A stretch of 49,273 nt of DNA from Methanobacteriota archaeon. Lineage in GTDB: Archaea > Thermoplasmatota > Poseidoniia > Poseidoniales > Poseidoniaceae. Shown piece after piece: positions 48,607 to 49,273 of this stretch. A program made the translations under genes and the position numbers. The DNA is taken from contig PSPR01000005.1 of assembly GCA_004195515.1 (NCBI GenBank), forward strand, positions 1 through 49,273. Reading direction: 5' to 3'. The notes beneath the pieces are model-generated. The model saw only the letters and a program-made list of their open reading frames with translations. It ran no database searches and was not told where the DNA came from. Position 1 is the stretch's first letter; every line of letters begins with the position of its first letter.

Positions 48607-49095
48607 ATGTGGGGTGTTCTTACCGTAATTCTACTCTTCCTGCTGTTATCCTTCGAAGTTTGGCGTTCCTTCACCTCAGGTATGTTGAGAGGAGCGATTG
48701 AATTCGCAAAACTTCCAGCGAAAATGGAAAGTGACATGTTTGACGGTGAAACTAAAACATTCGTTCTCGAAAGGAATGGTAAAGAAAAAGCCGTTAAAAT
48801 AAAAACGGTAAACGATGCATGGGACTCTATTATCTCACCACGAGAGTCCTCCGGCAGCCTTTATTTTGGCCTAAAGCAAGAAAACAGCCTTCACCTTGAT
48901 TTTTCGTCATGGAGCAGCGGGGGAGTTGGGATGATGACATTAATTGAGAAGGATGGAAATAAAATCATTAAGGGAGATGAATATAATCTTGAAGAAAAGG
49001 GGCTAGTACCTGCCATTTACACATTGGTAGATCTTATAGAACGAATGAGTTCTATTTCGTCAGTTTGGGATGAGGTTTCTTCGGACAAGAAATGA
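48607..49095 (+). CDS. Hypothetical protein with N-terminal TM
   Basis: 162-aa ORF with hydrophobic N-terminus. Confidence 0.65.
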   Translation: MWGVLTVILLFLLLSFEVWRSFTSGMLRGAIEFAKLPAKMESDMFDGETKTFVLERNGKEKAVKIKTVNDAWDSIISPRESSGSLYFGLKQENSLHLDFSSWSSGGVGMMTLIEKDGNKIIKGDEYNLEEKGLVPAIYTLVDLIERMSSISSVWDEVSSDKK

Positions 49096-49273
49096 ATTTC
49101 AAACCCCAAACGAGGGCCCATTTGATTGAATGGGCGAACAAAGGGTCGGTTGGAAGGATCAACTAACCAACTCGGATAGGTTGGAATGATATGTCGGTTG
49201 TCTGCATGAGCCCCTACTTGAGTTGTATTATCTTCTAACGAAGGCATCACTTTTTCTCTTGTATTCTCTCTTC

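Noticed and set aside
500-49250. Numerous 60-160 aa ORFs overlapping the called genes
   Set aside because: They lie on the opposite strand or alternate frames of well-supported genes, with no recognisable motifs or RBS.

Overview
Gene-dense archaeal chromosomal segment (FEN1, PolB, GINS, EF-1alpha, rps8e, SRP19, Sec61beta, XerA, GGTGA-type ribosome-binding sites). Gene content (SAP-domain membrane protein, giant surface protein, AtuA, aerobic oxidase) suggests Marine Group II Euryarchaeota (Poseidoniales); this assignment is an inference. It holds about 45 CDS, mostly housekeeping, an A1-type heme-copper oxidase operon (coxB-A-C-D-sco) and three tRNAs (Arg-TCG, Ser-TGA, Leu-CAA). No CRISPR, IS or provirus is evident. 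The main unexplained signal is that all three tRNA genes are followed by related hairpin elements. These combine copies of each tRNA's own 3' end (sense and, for Ser and Leu, antisense) with a shared core showing compensatory base changes. The oxidase operon is also unusual: CoxI is fused to an extracellular CxCH domain, SCO carries two inserted DUF4430-like repeats, and coxC and sco each have a +1 frameshift. All product calls come from motif recognition by eye, not database searches.
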